From the UHGV virus genome UHGV-1369770: a stretch of 38,283 bases of DNA. One strand, given 5' to 3'. This stretch comes from a virus. The notes beneath the pieces are model-generated. The model saw only the letters and a list, made by a program, of their open reading frames with translations. It was not told the DNA's origin and ran no database searches. Positions 1 through 8,277 of the stretch are shown here, piece after piece (position 1 is the stretch's first letter; the number at the start of each line of letters is the position of its first letter). The position numbers and the translations under genes were made by a program.

Positions 1-44
1 AGGAGTAAAGAATTCTTTGTGGTCGACCAAACCTCCACTCCCTT

Positions 45-251
45 CTATAAATTCATTGGTTCGTTTTTATAACCAGCATCAATCAAAATTCCCTCAATCA
101 CATAAAGGTCCGTTTTCTGCTTTAAACTAGCCTTAAATTTCTTCGCAATATTTCTAGCTTTGTCTAAAGAAACGATCTCATATTTTCTAGCCAATGCATC
201 CGCAATAATAGCGGATGTTGGCGTGTAATAAATCTCCAGCAACATGAACAC
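45..251 (-). CDS. hypothetical early protein (about 66-68 aa)
   Basis: ORF in the operon frame directly downstream of the 311..598 ORF. The listed first codon is GTG; an in-frame ATG two codons later is the more likely start. No recognisable motif. Confidence 0.35.
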   Translation of the reverse strand: MFMLLEIYYTPTSAIIADALARKYEIVSLDKARNIAKKFKASLKQKTDLYVIEGILIDAGYKNEPMNL

Positions 252-310
252 TCGCTTTCACTTCATAAACCTAATTTAAATGTTCAGCTTTATATTCCCA
301 AAATTTGTTT

Positions 311-598
311 CTAGGCATTCCTAACGCTTCTATGATTGCATTCACTGAATATCCTCCATTGCAAATACAAATATTCTTGAATGGTGAACTTGTCTTTATC
401 AATTGAGCTGATTGGTTTAGATTTATCCATTGTTTGCTCACCAATATCCTTACCAAGTATTTTAATTTGACGATAGACCATGCTTTTTGGATGTCTATAC
501 CAATCTGGGTTTTCATTCATTAACTTAAGCATTTCTTTTCGCTTTTGCTTTTTCTCAGCTTGAATACGTGCTATATCTTCAAAAATTACACTGTTCAT
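311..598 (-). CDS. hypothetical early protein (95 aa)
   Basis: ORF preceded by AGGAGG about 6 nt upstream of its ATG. This SD overlaps the ssb stop, suggesting translational coupling. Confidence 0.5.
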   Translation of the reverse strand: MNSVIFEDIARIQAEKKQKRKEMLKLMNENPDWYRHPKSMVYRQIKILGKDIGEQTMDKSKPISSIDKDKFTIQEYLYLQWRIFSECNHRSVRNA

Positions 599-609
599 TT
601 TTTAACCTC

Positions 610-1137
610 CTAAAAAGGCAGATCATCATCGCTAATGTCGATTGAATTACCTGCGCCTGCGAACGGATCTACATCTCCACCAAACGACATTTGTTGGCTG
701 TTATTTTGTTGATTTAAGCCTTTATTTTGATTTGTGGCATAATTACTCTCAAAATTATTTTGAACGCCTGTACCGTCATTCTGTGACGTCTGAATGCTAT
801 TTCTATTCTCATTGGCGCTTTTTGGCTCTAATAATTGGAAACTCTCGCAAATAACTTCAGTCACATAGACACGTTGGCCTTGTTGGTTGTCATAATTACG
901 AGTTTGAATTCTGCCAACAACTCCTAATAATGTTCCTTTACGAGCATAATTAGCCATTGTTTCAGCAGGCTTACGCCAAATTACACAGTTGATAAAATCC
1001 GCTTCTCGTTCGCCGTTTTGGTTTGTAAAGTTACGGTTCACAGCAAGAGTAAAGCTTCCAACTGCAGAACCACTTGCGGTGTAGCGTAAATCTATATCTT
1101 TCGTTAAACGTCCAACTAACACAACTTGGTTTATCAT
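610..1137 (-). CDS. ssb: single-stranded DNA-binding protein
   Basis: OB-fold N-terminus (MINQVVLVGRLTKDIDLRYTASG...). Gln/Asn/Gly-rich linker and the acidic C-terminal tail DDDLPF typical of bacterial and phage SSB. Confidence 0.9.
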   Translation of the reverse strand: MINQVVLVGRLTKDIDLRYTASGSAVGSFTLAVNRNFTNQNGEREADFINCVIWRKPAETMANYARKGTLLGVVGRIQTRNYDNQQGQRVYVTEVICESFQLLEPKSANENRNSIQTSQNDGTGVQNNFESNYATNQNKGLNQQNNSQQMSFGGDVDPFAGAGNSIDISDDDLPF

Positions 1138-1141
1138 ATTG

Positions 1142-1999
1142 TCACTCTCCTAATAATTCTTGTTTTTGTCGTTCTAATTCAGCTAATTCTTCAGGTGATA
1201 AAGGTACATCTTCTTGCATCCCATTCCAATTTGGTAACTGCTCTTGTCTCACTGGCGCCTTAGAATACGCAGGCTGTTTATTTGTTTGAGATAAATCATA
1301 TTCATCGTTATAACGATCATCACGGATCCAACGAAACAATTCTTGTGGATGGTACCAATCGTTTAATTTAATATACGCAAGATAGTCTTTATATCCTTTT
1401 TTGAACGACTCTAAATCTTCTTCCGTCTTGAACTTCTTTAAAAATTGTTCTCTAGCTTTTTTCTTGTTGGTTTTCTTTGGATAAGTTTTCCAAACTTTTT
1501 CGAATAGTTCGGGCATAGTTGAGCTTGGCTCAACACTATTCTTTTTTTTATCCTTAACTAACCTATCCTTACCTAACCTAACCTGTGTATCCATTTGGTA
1601 TCCCATGCGGTTGTCATCTGGTATACCAAGATGGTTTTCACTCTCTATAGCCTCGGTTTTAAAGGTATATGCCTTACTATTTTTCTCAGCTAATTCAGCC
1701 TTTTCTTCTTGATATAGAGTTGGTTTGTATCGATCATTTCGGATATAGTTATGAATTTTCCAATGCTTGATAACAATAACTCCGCTATCAAAAACTAAAA
1801 TAAATCTTTTGGCCATTAATAGCTTTAAATCATCATCTCCACATCCAACCATACGTTGGATTTTCTTAGGATTATTAATAAATCCATCATCATCCGCTCG
1901 CATTGATAAATGAAAGTACAGAGATTGAGTTGACAGCGGCATGTCTAAAAATGCATCGCTATCAATGATGGTCTTTGCAAACATTCTTCTTTCAGCCAC
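1142..1999 (-). CDS. phage replisome organiser / replication initiation protein (Phage_rep_org_N-like N-terminus)
   Basis: The N-terminus MAERRMFAKTIIDSDAFLDMPLSTQSLYFHL... matches the replisome-organiser N-domain pattern of Firmicute phages. It sits between ssb and the recombination genes. Confidence 0.65.
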   Translation of the reverse strand: MAERRMFAKTIIDSDAFLDMPLSTQSLYFHLSMRADDDGFINNPKKIQRMVGCGDDDLKLLMAKRFILVFDSGVIVIKHWKIHNYIRNDRYKPTLYQEEKAELAEKNSKAYTFKTEAIESENHLGIPDDNRMGYQMDTQVRLGKDRLVKDKKKNSVEPSSTMPELFEKVWKTYPKKTNKKKAREQFLKKFKTEEDLESFKKGYKDYLAYIKLNDWYHPQELFRWIRDDRYNDEYDLSQTNKQPAYSKAPVRQEQLPNWNGMQEDVPLSPEELAELERQKQELLGE

Positions 2000-2003
2000 C
2001 GTT

Positions 2004-2645
2004 CTATCCTCCTATGTTTAACTTCTTACGTTCTTCGATGTTTAATTTCACTGGTTTAATTTGATACTTATTCAAGAAGTTCTTAGTGCCTATTTGGTGC
2101 TCCTCTTGATGGTGCTGACGGCAACCAGCATAAAATGTGAATGTCTCATGATTAATTTTTTTGCGATTTCGCCCCATGCCAACAACTTCTATATGGCAAA
2201 TATCAGCATGTTTACCACAAATACAGCACTTACGATATTTCAGGCAGTAATAAAACCATTTGTTATTTTCAAGCAAGTATTGGTATCTTTTTTCCAGTGG
2301 TATATCGTTTTTCAAAATGAACTCAATCAAGAAACCAATCCACTCAGTCGCTTCATTCTTGGTAGCTCGACTATGTTCAAAATAAACACCACTCTTAGCC
2401 TCGTAGTAGTATTTCAAGACACTTTCAATCCATTTAGGTTCGTCATAGCTCCAACGTGCCACATCGGCTATTAGAACGTGAGAAAGTGCATTCTGTTTTT
2501 GAGACATCTGTCGATTATCTAAGAATTCAACTTTCGCTAAATTATCATCGTTATTAGCCAGAAGTTCGAGAAAATTTGAATTTATTTCATCCTCAAATTC
2601 GATGGCCAACATATTTCCTTTATGTTTTATGATTTTCCCAATCAT
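2004..2645 (-). CDS. HNH-motif nuclease-like protein (213 aa)
   Basis: The C-terminal third carries CxxCGK..AD.CHIE ... NRKKINH ... CRQHH. This is the Cys and His/Asn spacing of HNH zinc-finger nucleases. Confidence 0.45.
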   Translation of the reverse strand: MIGKIIKHKGNMLAIEFEDEINSNFLELLANNDDNLAKVEFLDNRQMSQKQNALSHVLIADVARWSYDEPKWIESVLKYYYEAKSGVYFEHSRATKNEATEWIGFLIEFILKNDIPLEKRYQYLLENNKWFYYCLKYRKCCICGKHADICHIEVVGMGRNRKKINHETFTFYAGCRQHHQEEHQIGTKNFLNKYQIKPVKLNIEERKKLNIGG

Positions 2646-3580
2646 TCAATCACTTCCACCATAATGCCACTATCAACTATAAACTCATTAAGTGCTGTCA
2701 ATTGACTGTGCGAACCTGAAAGTCGTAATGTTACTGTATTTTTATTTGTATCTTTTACTTCCGCTTTTGGTGATAGTTCACTGACTATTTCTCCTGTATT
2801 TTTGTCAATTACTTTATCTTCTACGACTGTTTCATTTAATTCTCGCATTGCTGCTTCATATTCTTCATGTGCTTTCTGTTGTTCTATAGCCCTTTCTTCA
2901 GCGGCTTTTTTCTTTGCTAGTGCAGCATCAATCTCAATCATCAATTCTGCAGCTGTTTTTCCGTTATCAATTTGACTTAACCACGAGTAAGGCTCTAATC
3001 CTAATGCCTTTACATAATTTTCTATAATCGCTTTTTCTCCTATAACTCGCTCTTTTTCTTTAAAAATCATTGTCATATCGGCAGCAATTTCTTCTAAAGT
3101 TTTTTTATTTATTTCTCCTTTTGCAGTAAAAGAACTCTTATTTAACCAGTTATTTCTAATACCTACTTCTTCTACCTCAACGCTATAGTTTTCTGACATT
3201 TCTTTAATAGTATCTTTGATTTTTTCAAGCCTCTTAGAACGTTCTGTTTCTTCATATAATTGGATACTTTCGTTGATGCCATCACTTACTAACTTAATTT
3301 GTCCAACATAAGTTTTAATTTTGTCTTCAAACGATTTCAAGGGTTTGTTATACTCGTTTTTTATTGCTTTGCGCTCATTATCTAAAAGTGTCGCCACTTT
3401 ATTTAAATCCGCTTTTGCTTGCTTGGCTTCTGGAATATTCGCATCTGTAAAAATCATACTTGAGTAATGATTTACTGCTTTATCAACCATTTCTTTTAGT
3501 TGCGATTCGTTCTGAATTGTTATTTCACTGGCTTTAAAATCTACTTTAAACTGCACATTTGTTGTTAATTCATTTGTCAT
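2642..3580 (-). CDS. DUF1351-family phage protein (partner of ERF/RecT-type annealases)
   Basis: A 312 aa acidic coiled-coil-rich protein immediately downstream of the ERF gene. This is the typical position and composition for DUF1351. The family assignment is made from memory. Confidence 0.5.
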   Translation of the reverse strand: MTNELTTNVQFKVDFKASEITIQNESQLKEMVDKAVNHYSSMIFTDANIPEAKQAKADLNKVATLLDNERKAIKNEYNKPLKSFEDKIKTYVGQIKLVSDGINESIQLYEETERSKRLEKIKDTIKEMSENYSVEVEEVGIRNNWLNKSSFTAKGEINKKTLEEIAADMTMIFKEKERVIGEKAIIENYVKALGLEPYSWLSQIDNGKTAAELMIEIDAALAKKKAAEERAIEQQKAHEEYEAAMRELNETVVEDKVIDKNTGEIVSELSPKAEVKDTNKNTVTLRLSGSHSQLTALNEFIVDSGIMVEVIE

Positions 3581-4323
3581 TACCTTTGCCCCCAGTTAAT
3601 ATTTTTTACTTGATCATTTGTATTGTTTTTATTGATCTCTATTTCATAGTTACTTTTCCACTTATTTAACTGTCTCATTGCTTCTGGATACTGTTTATCT
3701 GTCATACTGTCTAATGTTTGTGCACCAACATGTTGCAACAATCCATTTCTAACAACTTGCATATCGCTTGAGCTTAGTTCCGCTACTTTTCTTATTAAAT
3801 CGTTCATCTCTGATATTTGTTTACCATTAACCAAATTTATTGGTTCTTTAGCATCAAGCTTCTTTTGAAATGAATCAGGATCATCTTTATCTGTTGCAAT
3901 ATTAAAAAATTTCAATAAAAAATATTTTTCTGCATAAGTTAATGCTTTACCTACACCCTTCTCGCCAGCAATATCAACACCTTGTGCATACCACTTTGAT
4001 TCCAAAAAATCTTCTGGATTATCAATATTAATCCAGCGCATAGTCATCTCAAGTTCAGTAAAATATGTTATTCTTTGTTTCTGTTCTGTCTGTTTCGTGT
4101 ACTTATTGTATTGATTTATAATCTCTATCTGGTCCTTAACTTTATGGCCTGTAATTGCTGGTTGTAATAACAATCCCATTTCATTAATTTTTGAATGTAA
4201 AGCTCCTAGGACATCACTTGACCCAACATAATTAAATTGACTTCCTGATTGTTCTTTTTTTAAATAAGATACTTTTTTTCTTACTTCTGCTAATCTTTGA
4301 TAAACATTTAGTTGTTCAGCCAT
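3580..4323 (-). CDS. erf: ERF-family single-strand annealing protein (essential recombination function)
   Basis: N-terminus MAEQLNVYQRLAEVRKKVSYLKKEQSGSQFNYVGSSDVLGALHSKINEMGL matches the conserved ERF core. A GAGGT SD lies upstream. Confidence 0.75.
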   Translation of the reverse strand: MAEQLNVYQRLAEVRKKVSYLKKEQSGSQFNYVGSSDVLGALHSKINEMGLLLQPAITGHKVKDQIEIINQYNKYTKQTEQKQRITYFTELEMTMRWINIDNPEDFLESKWYAQGVDIAGEKGVGKALTYAEKYFLLKFFNIATDKDDPDSFQKKLDAKEPINLVNGKQISEMNDLIRKVAELSSSDMQVVRNGLLQHVGAQTLDSMTDKQYPEAMRQLNKWKSNYEIEINKNNTNDQVKNINWGQR

Positions 4324-4523
4324 TTAACAAGACCTCATTTCTGTGATATAATTTTTCTTGTATAATTTTTGTATGCGACTTATTGCTTGCCGGCTTAAGT
4401 CGCTTTTTTGTCGTCATGCGACACCTCTGCGCTCTTTTTGCTGCGCAATGTATATTTTATTTTTTTGTTGCTGGTACCATAAATCAGCAAGTTTTTTCGT
4501 TTGCTGTAATTTTTCTTTCCTTG

Positions 4524-4697
4524 TCATTTATTTACCTCTCTATCTTCAAGTGCCAGATCATAAAACAGTGTCCAAATGATGAATAAGCCGATATATACAT
4601 TTTGGATAATCGGATTAAAATTTCCGCCTACTATCAACCCCAATCCGAAAACGATTAGCAACACTGCAATTCTTCTTAAGTTATAAATTTTTCTCAT
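4524..4697 (-). CDS. small predicted membrane protein (58 aa), not in the supplied ORF track
   Basis: By eye: ATG at 4697 with AGGAGA 6 nt upstream. Translates to MRKIYNLRRIAVLLIVFGLGLIVGGNFNPIIQNVYIGLFIIWTLFYDLALEDREVNK, with two hydrophobic segments. The TGA stop overlaps the next ATG (ATGA). Confidence 0.35.
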   Translation of the reverse strand: MRKIYNLRRIAVLLIVFGLGLIVGGNFNPIIQNVYIGLFIIWTLFYDLALEDREVNK

Positions 4698-4708
4698 TTC
4701 ATTTCTCC

Positions 4709-4894
4709 TTAAATATGCATTCTATTTTGAATCTCTAAGTATCTTAAAAATTCGAGTTCTTTTTCAATTTGATATGCTTTTCCTTCGGTCAGTTGTTCTG
4801 ATTGTCTAAGCGCTGCTCTATCGTCTTGTAGCTGTTTACGCTCTTTTTTGATTTGGTTGAGTATCCAACTTTCTTGTTCAGTTGTATAAGCCAT
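4709..4894 (-). CDS. hypothetical small coiled-coil protein (61 aa)
   Basis: ORF in operon context; its stop lies 12 nt from the next downstream start. Confidence 0.4.
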   Translation of the reverse strand: MAYTTEQESWILNQIKKERKQLQDDRAALRQSEQLTEGKAYQIEKELEFLRYLEIQNRMHI

Positions 4895-4904
4895 AATATT
4901 CTCC

Positions 4905-5615
4905 CTACGCTATGTCGTTTAAGTCTAAACTCATTTGTCTTACAACTGTTTTTGTTGCTGTGGACGGCTCCCAGTCATTGATATATTCAATTACGATTGG
5001 ATAATGTTTTTCTCTTAATTGTGATCGGGTCCCCACGCCTGTAATTTGCTTAATACCTGAATTAATATCTTTGTATAACTTTCCACGCTGTTCCTTTGTG
5101 ATTTTCCCAAATCCTCTTGCTACTTCTGCTACTCGTTGATGAACTCGACGTGATAAGTAGCCATAATCATCTGCACCGATTTTTTGATTGTCTTTTAAGT
5201 CGGCTACTTCTTTTTCAATTACATCTACACGCTCATTTGTTTCTTCATTTGCTGATAAAGCAAGCATCGCCAATTGTCTTTGCGAGGTTGGAAGTTTAGG
5301 CTGTTGAATTTCTTTTTCCATTTGATTAAAAGCTTCAATATATTTCAATTTAAATTGCAAAGCTTTTTGACCAGTGAACCCCATTGCTAACAAAGTGAAG
5401 CCGTCGCGATTCATAATAACTTGGCGATAAGATTGTTTGTTTTGTGGATGAATGTAGGTATCTTCGTAAAATAGGTCGGCATAATTTTGTGCCACCCCCT
5501 CTTTTAATTCATCAATGGCTTTTAGAACAACTTTGTGTTCTTTTCCGAAAGTTTCTGCAACTTGTAAACTACTTGTTACTGCTTGCTGGTTTTTCATAAT
5601 TACTAAATTTGTCAT
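4905..5615 (-). CDS. phage antirepressor / regulatory protein (Rha-like N-domain plus ORF6C-like C-domain)
   Basis: N-terminal segment MKNQQAVTSSLQVAETFGKEHKVVLKAIDEL matches the Rha/pRha pattern. The C-terminal segment KIGADDYGYLSRRVHQRV... matches the ORF6C domain. AAGGAAG SD. Confidence 0.75.
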   Translation of the reverse strand: MTNLVIMKNQQAVTSSLQVAETFGKEHKVVLKAIDELKEGVAQNYADLFYEDTYIHPQNKQSYRQVIMNRDGFTLLAMGFTGQKALQFKLKYIEAFNQMEKEIQQPKLPTSQRQLAMLALSANEETNERVDVIEKEVADLKDNQKIGADDYGYLSRRVHQRVAEVARGFGKITKEQRGKLYKDINSGIKQITGVGTRSQLREKHYPIVIEYINDWEPSTATKTVVRQMSLDLNDIA

Positions 5616-5668
5616 TTGGTTTACTTCCTTTCTGGTATAATTATTTTGAAAGCGTGGTGAAAAATATT

Positions 5669-5887
5669 ATGTTTACTTATATTTGTAACAAACAAGCAGA
5701 CGAAAAGGGGTTACACGAAGTGCATGTTTCAACATGTAAATACCTACCATCTACAGAACGACAATTGGTAGTGGGCGAATATTCTTCTTGCCATGCAGCT
5801 ATTCAGTCGCTTGAAGAAGCCAACGCTGGCAGAGGGTTTAAGTTCGATGGTTGTTATTATTGTTGTAAACCTTGTCATCACGGTTAG
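5669..5887 (+). CDS. small Cys/His-rich protein (72 aa) on the opposite strand with its own promoter
   Basis: ATG at 5669 preceded by GGTGA 8 nt upstream and an extended -10 (TGGTATAAT) at 5632-5640. The protein ends ...GCYYCCKPCHHG. Confidence 0.4.
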   Translation: MFTYICNKQADEKGLHEVHVSTCKYLPSTERQLVVGEYSSCHAAIQSLEEANAGRGFKFDGCYYCCKPCHHG

Positions 5888-6099
5888 TTTTTTTGAGGAG
5901 TAGTTACAGTTACTTCTCTATTTTTTCGGACTGTATCACGATAATTTTCTACTGAATGATAAACAATCACTTGCTCTAAATGCTTTTTGTATTCATTTTT
6001 TATCGCATCAATAATTAGAAGTTCCTGATGTTGATGCTCAATTATTTTGATTAACTCTTCTTTAGACATTTCTGCATAGTATGGTTTTAATTCACCCAT
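5884..6099 (-). CDS. hypothetical early protein (72 aa from the ATG at 6099; the ORF track extends it to a TTG at 6138)
   Basis: AAAGGAA SD 8 nt upstream of ATG (MGELKPYYAEMSKEE...). The upstream TTG start has no SD. Confidence 0.5.
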   Translation of the reverse strand: MGELKPYYAEMSKEELIKIIEHQHQELLIIDAIKNEYKKHLEQVIVYHSVENYRDTVRKNREVTVTTPQKN

Positions 6100-6175
6100 T
6101 TGTTTATTTCCTTTCTGGTATAATTTTCTTATCAGCAAATGGTCTGCTGAAATAATTCATAAGGTGGTGAAAATA

Positions 6176-6388
6176 TTGGAACAGACTAATAAAAGAAAAA
6201 ACGAATTAGCTGTTGACCTTGTAGTCGCATGGTTAGCACATAATTCTGAAATATCAAATGAAATTGGCCGAACTTCTGTGAAAGGTAATCCTGTTACAAC
6301 TAAAGAAGTTGCTCAAGCCTATCTAGACTTTTTCAAGACTATTACAAATAACGAATTGCCTGAAAATTTAACAAATGAAAATCAATAA
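6176..6388 (+). CDS. small opposite-strand protein (about 70 aa), second copy of the promoter/RBS cassette
   Basis: Same TTTCTGGTATAATT element (6107-6120) and GGTGGTGAAAATATT leader as the 5669 gene. A TTG start at 6176 sits at the equivalent spacing; the ORF track used the GTG at 6164. Confidence 0.35.
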   Translation: MEQTNKRKNELAVDLVVAWLAHNSEISNEIGRTSVKGNPVTTKEVAQAYLDFFKTITNNELPENLTNENQ

Positions 6389-6552
6389 CTTTTCAAAATC
6401 TCTGCAATGGCTGCAACCATTGTGGAGTTTTTCTCTTTTATAGCCTGGTCAAGCGCTTTTTCTAATTGTTGTAAAATTCCAAGTTTGATTTCCATAATCA
6501 ATTTTGCAATTTCTTGAGTGGTTAAGTCTTGCTTTACATTATTTTTATTCAT
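6382..6552 (-). CDS. small hypothetical protein (57 aa), not in the ORF track
   Basis: By eye: GGAGG 6 nt upstream of ATG at 6552. Translates MNKNNVKQDLTTQEIAKLIMEIKLGILQQLEKALDQAIKEKNSTMVAAIAEILKSY. Confidence 0.35.
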   Translation of the reverse strand: MNKNNVKQDLTTQEIAKLIMEIKLGILQQLEKALDQAIKEKNSTMVAAIAEILKSY

Positions 6553-6593
6553 GTTCTGCCTCCTTATCTAGTTAAAGTTCTTTCTTAGCAGCA

Positions 6594-6878
6594 TTAAATT
6601 TCAAAAGTTTCTTTTAAAAATCGTTGCAACTCAGATCGTTCTATTCGTATATCCTGGCCGCTCCATTGCTGCACTTTTAAGCCTTTTGAAATCCAGCTAC
6701 TTAATTTCCCATCACCAATTTCTAAAATCTTCCTCACCTGCGTTTTGTTTGGATAAGGTGGTAATTCAATAGTTTTAGTCAATAAATTCAAACGATTTTC
6801 AATTTCTTTTAATACTATGAAAGTAATGTTATTTGCTAATTCGCTTTGAACCATTTCATCAGGAATGTTTAGCTGCAT
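6594..6878 (-). CDS. small DNA-binding protein, candidate excisionase-like (HTH)
   Basis: Segment PYPNKTQVRKILEIGDGKLSSWISKGLKV resembles excisionase or MerR-type HTH_17. It is the first gene after cro in the lytic direction. Confidence 0.35.
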   Translation of the reverse strand: MQLNIPDEMVQSELANNITFIVLKEIENRLNLLTKTIELPPYPNKTQVRKILEIGDGKLSSWISKGLKVQQWSGQDIRIERSELQRFLKETFEI

Positions 6879-6881
6879 AAG

Positions 6882-7073
6882 TTACACCTCCTGTTTTGTT
6901 TCTAATTTAATATCAAGAAGCTCTTCAATTTGTTTTAAACGTTCAACTGGCTTACGATTTTCTAATAAAATATCTTGAAGATATGCCATCGAAATATCCA
7001 TTTGACGTGCCAGTTCTCGTTGACTCCAATCTTTATCAATCAGAGCGTGTGCGACTTGTTTCTTTAGTGACAT
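6882..7073 (-). CDS. cro: Cro-like HTH (XRE-family) repressor
   Basis: 63 aa with HTH (WSQRELARQMDISMAYLQDI). Divergent from the cI-like gene. GGAGGG SD. Confidence 0.7.
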   Translation of the reverse strand: MSLKKQVAHALIDKDWSQRELARQMDISMAYLQDILLENRKPVERLKQIEELLDIKLETKQEV

Positions 7074-7099
7074 TTGTGGTTCCCTCCTATCGATTGAAT

Positions 7100-7345
7100 A
7101 TTTTCTCCACTTATATTCTTTTTACGCTTGACACAAAAAGGAATATAAGCTAACATGTAAGCATAAGAAATACAGCACACAAAAAGCGAGCTTTACTGAT
7201 GTCCGGGAAGACTATTTAGTTTATGCTTACGATTTTTGTATGCCATAAATAGCTTGCTTACATGAATACTATAACGGAATAAATTCCTTATGTCAACTAA
7301 TTTTTAGTTTTTTTTCCTTATTTTATTTTGTAAAGCTGTGAAAGG
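7100..7345. promoter_or_regulatory. genetic switch region: divergent promoters plus three copies of a GTAAGCAT-core operator
   Basis: Rightward promoter: TTGACA (7128-7133), 17 nt spacer, TAACAT. Leftward candidate -10 TATAAG near 7100-7112. Operator copies near 7153-7167 (ACATGTAAGCATAAG), 7221-7233 (TTATGCTTAC, inverted) and 7254-7266 (TTGCTTACATGAA, inverted). Confidence 0.5.
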
Positions 7346-7354
7346 TTGATAATA

Positions 7355-7789
7355 ATGGGTTTAGTACAAAGAATAAAATTGTTATCTGATGAAAAAAAGA
7401 TGTCGTTTGCTGAGTTAGAACGAAAACTAGGTTTTGCCAATAGCTCAATCAGAAAATGGGATGAACGGACTCCAGGTATCGATAAGATTCAAAAAGTAGC
7501 CGATTATTTCGATGTGTCGACAGACTATCTTCTAGGGCGTACCGAAAAACGTCGTTATTATGATTTAACAGAGAAGGACGAACGTGATATACAAAAAGAA
7601 TTAGAAAAAATTATTGAAGACATGGGTAATTCAGAATCTATCGCTTTCTCAAAAGACACAGAAGAACTATCTCCAGAAGCACGCGCTGCTATTATTTCTT
7701 CTATAGAGGAATCTTTACGTATTGGCAAAGCTCTTGCGAAGAAAAAGTTCACTCCGAAAAAATATCGTGATGATTCCACGGTAGATTAG
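7355..7789 (+). CDS. cI-like lysogeny repressor (XRE HTH, no S24 peptidase domain; ImmR-type)
   Basis: HTH at N-terminus (MSFAELERKLGFANSSIRKWD). No Ser/Lys autopeptidase domain. Followed by an ImmA-type protease gene. ATG at 7355 with GAAAGG SD. Confidence 0.75.
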   Translation: MGLVQRIKLLSDEKKMSFAELERKLGFANSSIRKWDERTPGIDKIQKVADYFDVSTDYLLGRTEKRRYYDLTEKDERDIQKELEKIIEDMGNSESIAFSKDTEELSPEARAAIISSIEESLRIGKALAKKKFTPKKYRDDSTVD

Positions 7790-7802
7790 GAGGTGTCTTC
7801 TC

Positions 7803-8231
7803 ATGCTTTTATCTGATGTACCCTATGCTATTGAAGAATTAAAACAGAAATATGGAACCAATGATCCGTTTGAAATAGCCGAGAAAAAAGGAATCATTAT
7901 TCTCTATGGCTATTTTGGGAATGAAGTGTATGGGTTTTATAATAAATTCCGTAGACAAAAGTTTATTCATTTAGATGCTGAATTAGATGATAATGAACAA
8001 AATTTTGTCTGCGGCCATGAGTTATTTCATGCTGTCTTTCATCCAGATGAAAACACGGCAAAAATGACAGCAAACAGTTTTTGCTCGACTTCAAAAATAG
8101 AAGCACAAGCAAATTGTGGTTCTACTTATCTTCGAATTGATGGCACCCATATGAATGAGTTGTATATTCCGACTAAACAAGACATACTAAACTTTTATGG
8201 TCTCCCTCCAGAAATGGAAAGGTACTTATAA
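7803..8231 (+). CDS. ImmA/IrrE-family zinc metallopeptidase (anti-repressor protease)
   Basis: HEXXH motif (CGHELFHAV). 142 aa. Directly downstream of the HTH repressor. AGGAGGTG SD. Confidence 0.75.
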   Translation: MLLSDVPYAIEELKQKYGTNDPFEIAEKKGIIILYGYFGNEVYGFYNKFRRQKFIHLDAELDDNEQNFVCGHELFHAVFHPDENTAKMTANSFCSTSKIEAQANCGSTYLRIDGTHMNELYIPTKQDILNFYGLPPEMERYL

Positions 8232-8277
8232 TTTTTTGAATGTAGACGAACATGAGTTTTTGAAAGGGGTTTTATAC

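Noticed and set aside
271-2474. Overlapping or antisense ORFs 271..516(-), 642..854(+), 1074..1289(+), 2061..2474(+)
   Set aside because: Each overlaps a better-supported gene (hypothetical protein, ssb, replisome organiser, HNH-like) in another frame or strand and lacks start context.
4358-4586. Plus-strand ORFs 4358..4579 and 4383..4586
   Set aside because: Cys/Phe-rich nonsense translation of an AT-rich intergenic or micro-ORF region that is better explained on the minus strand.
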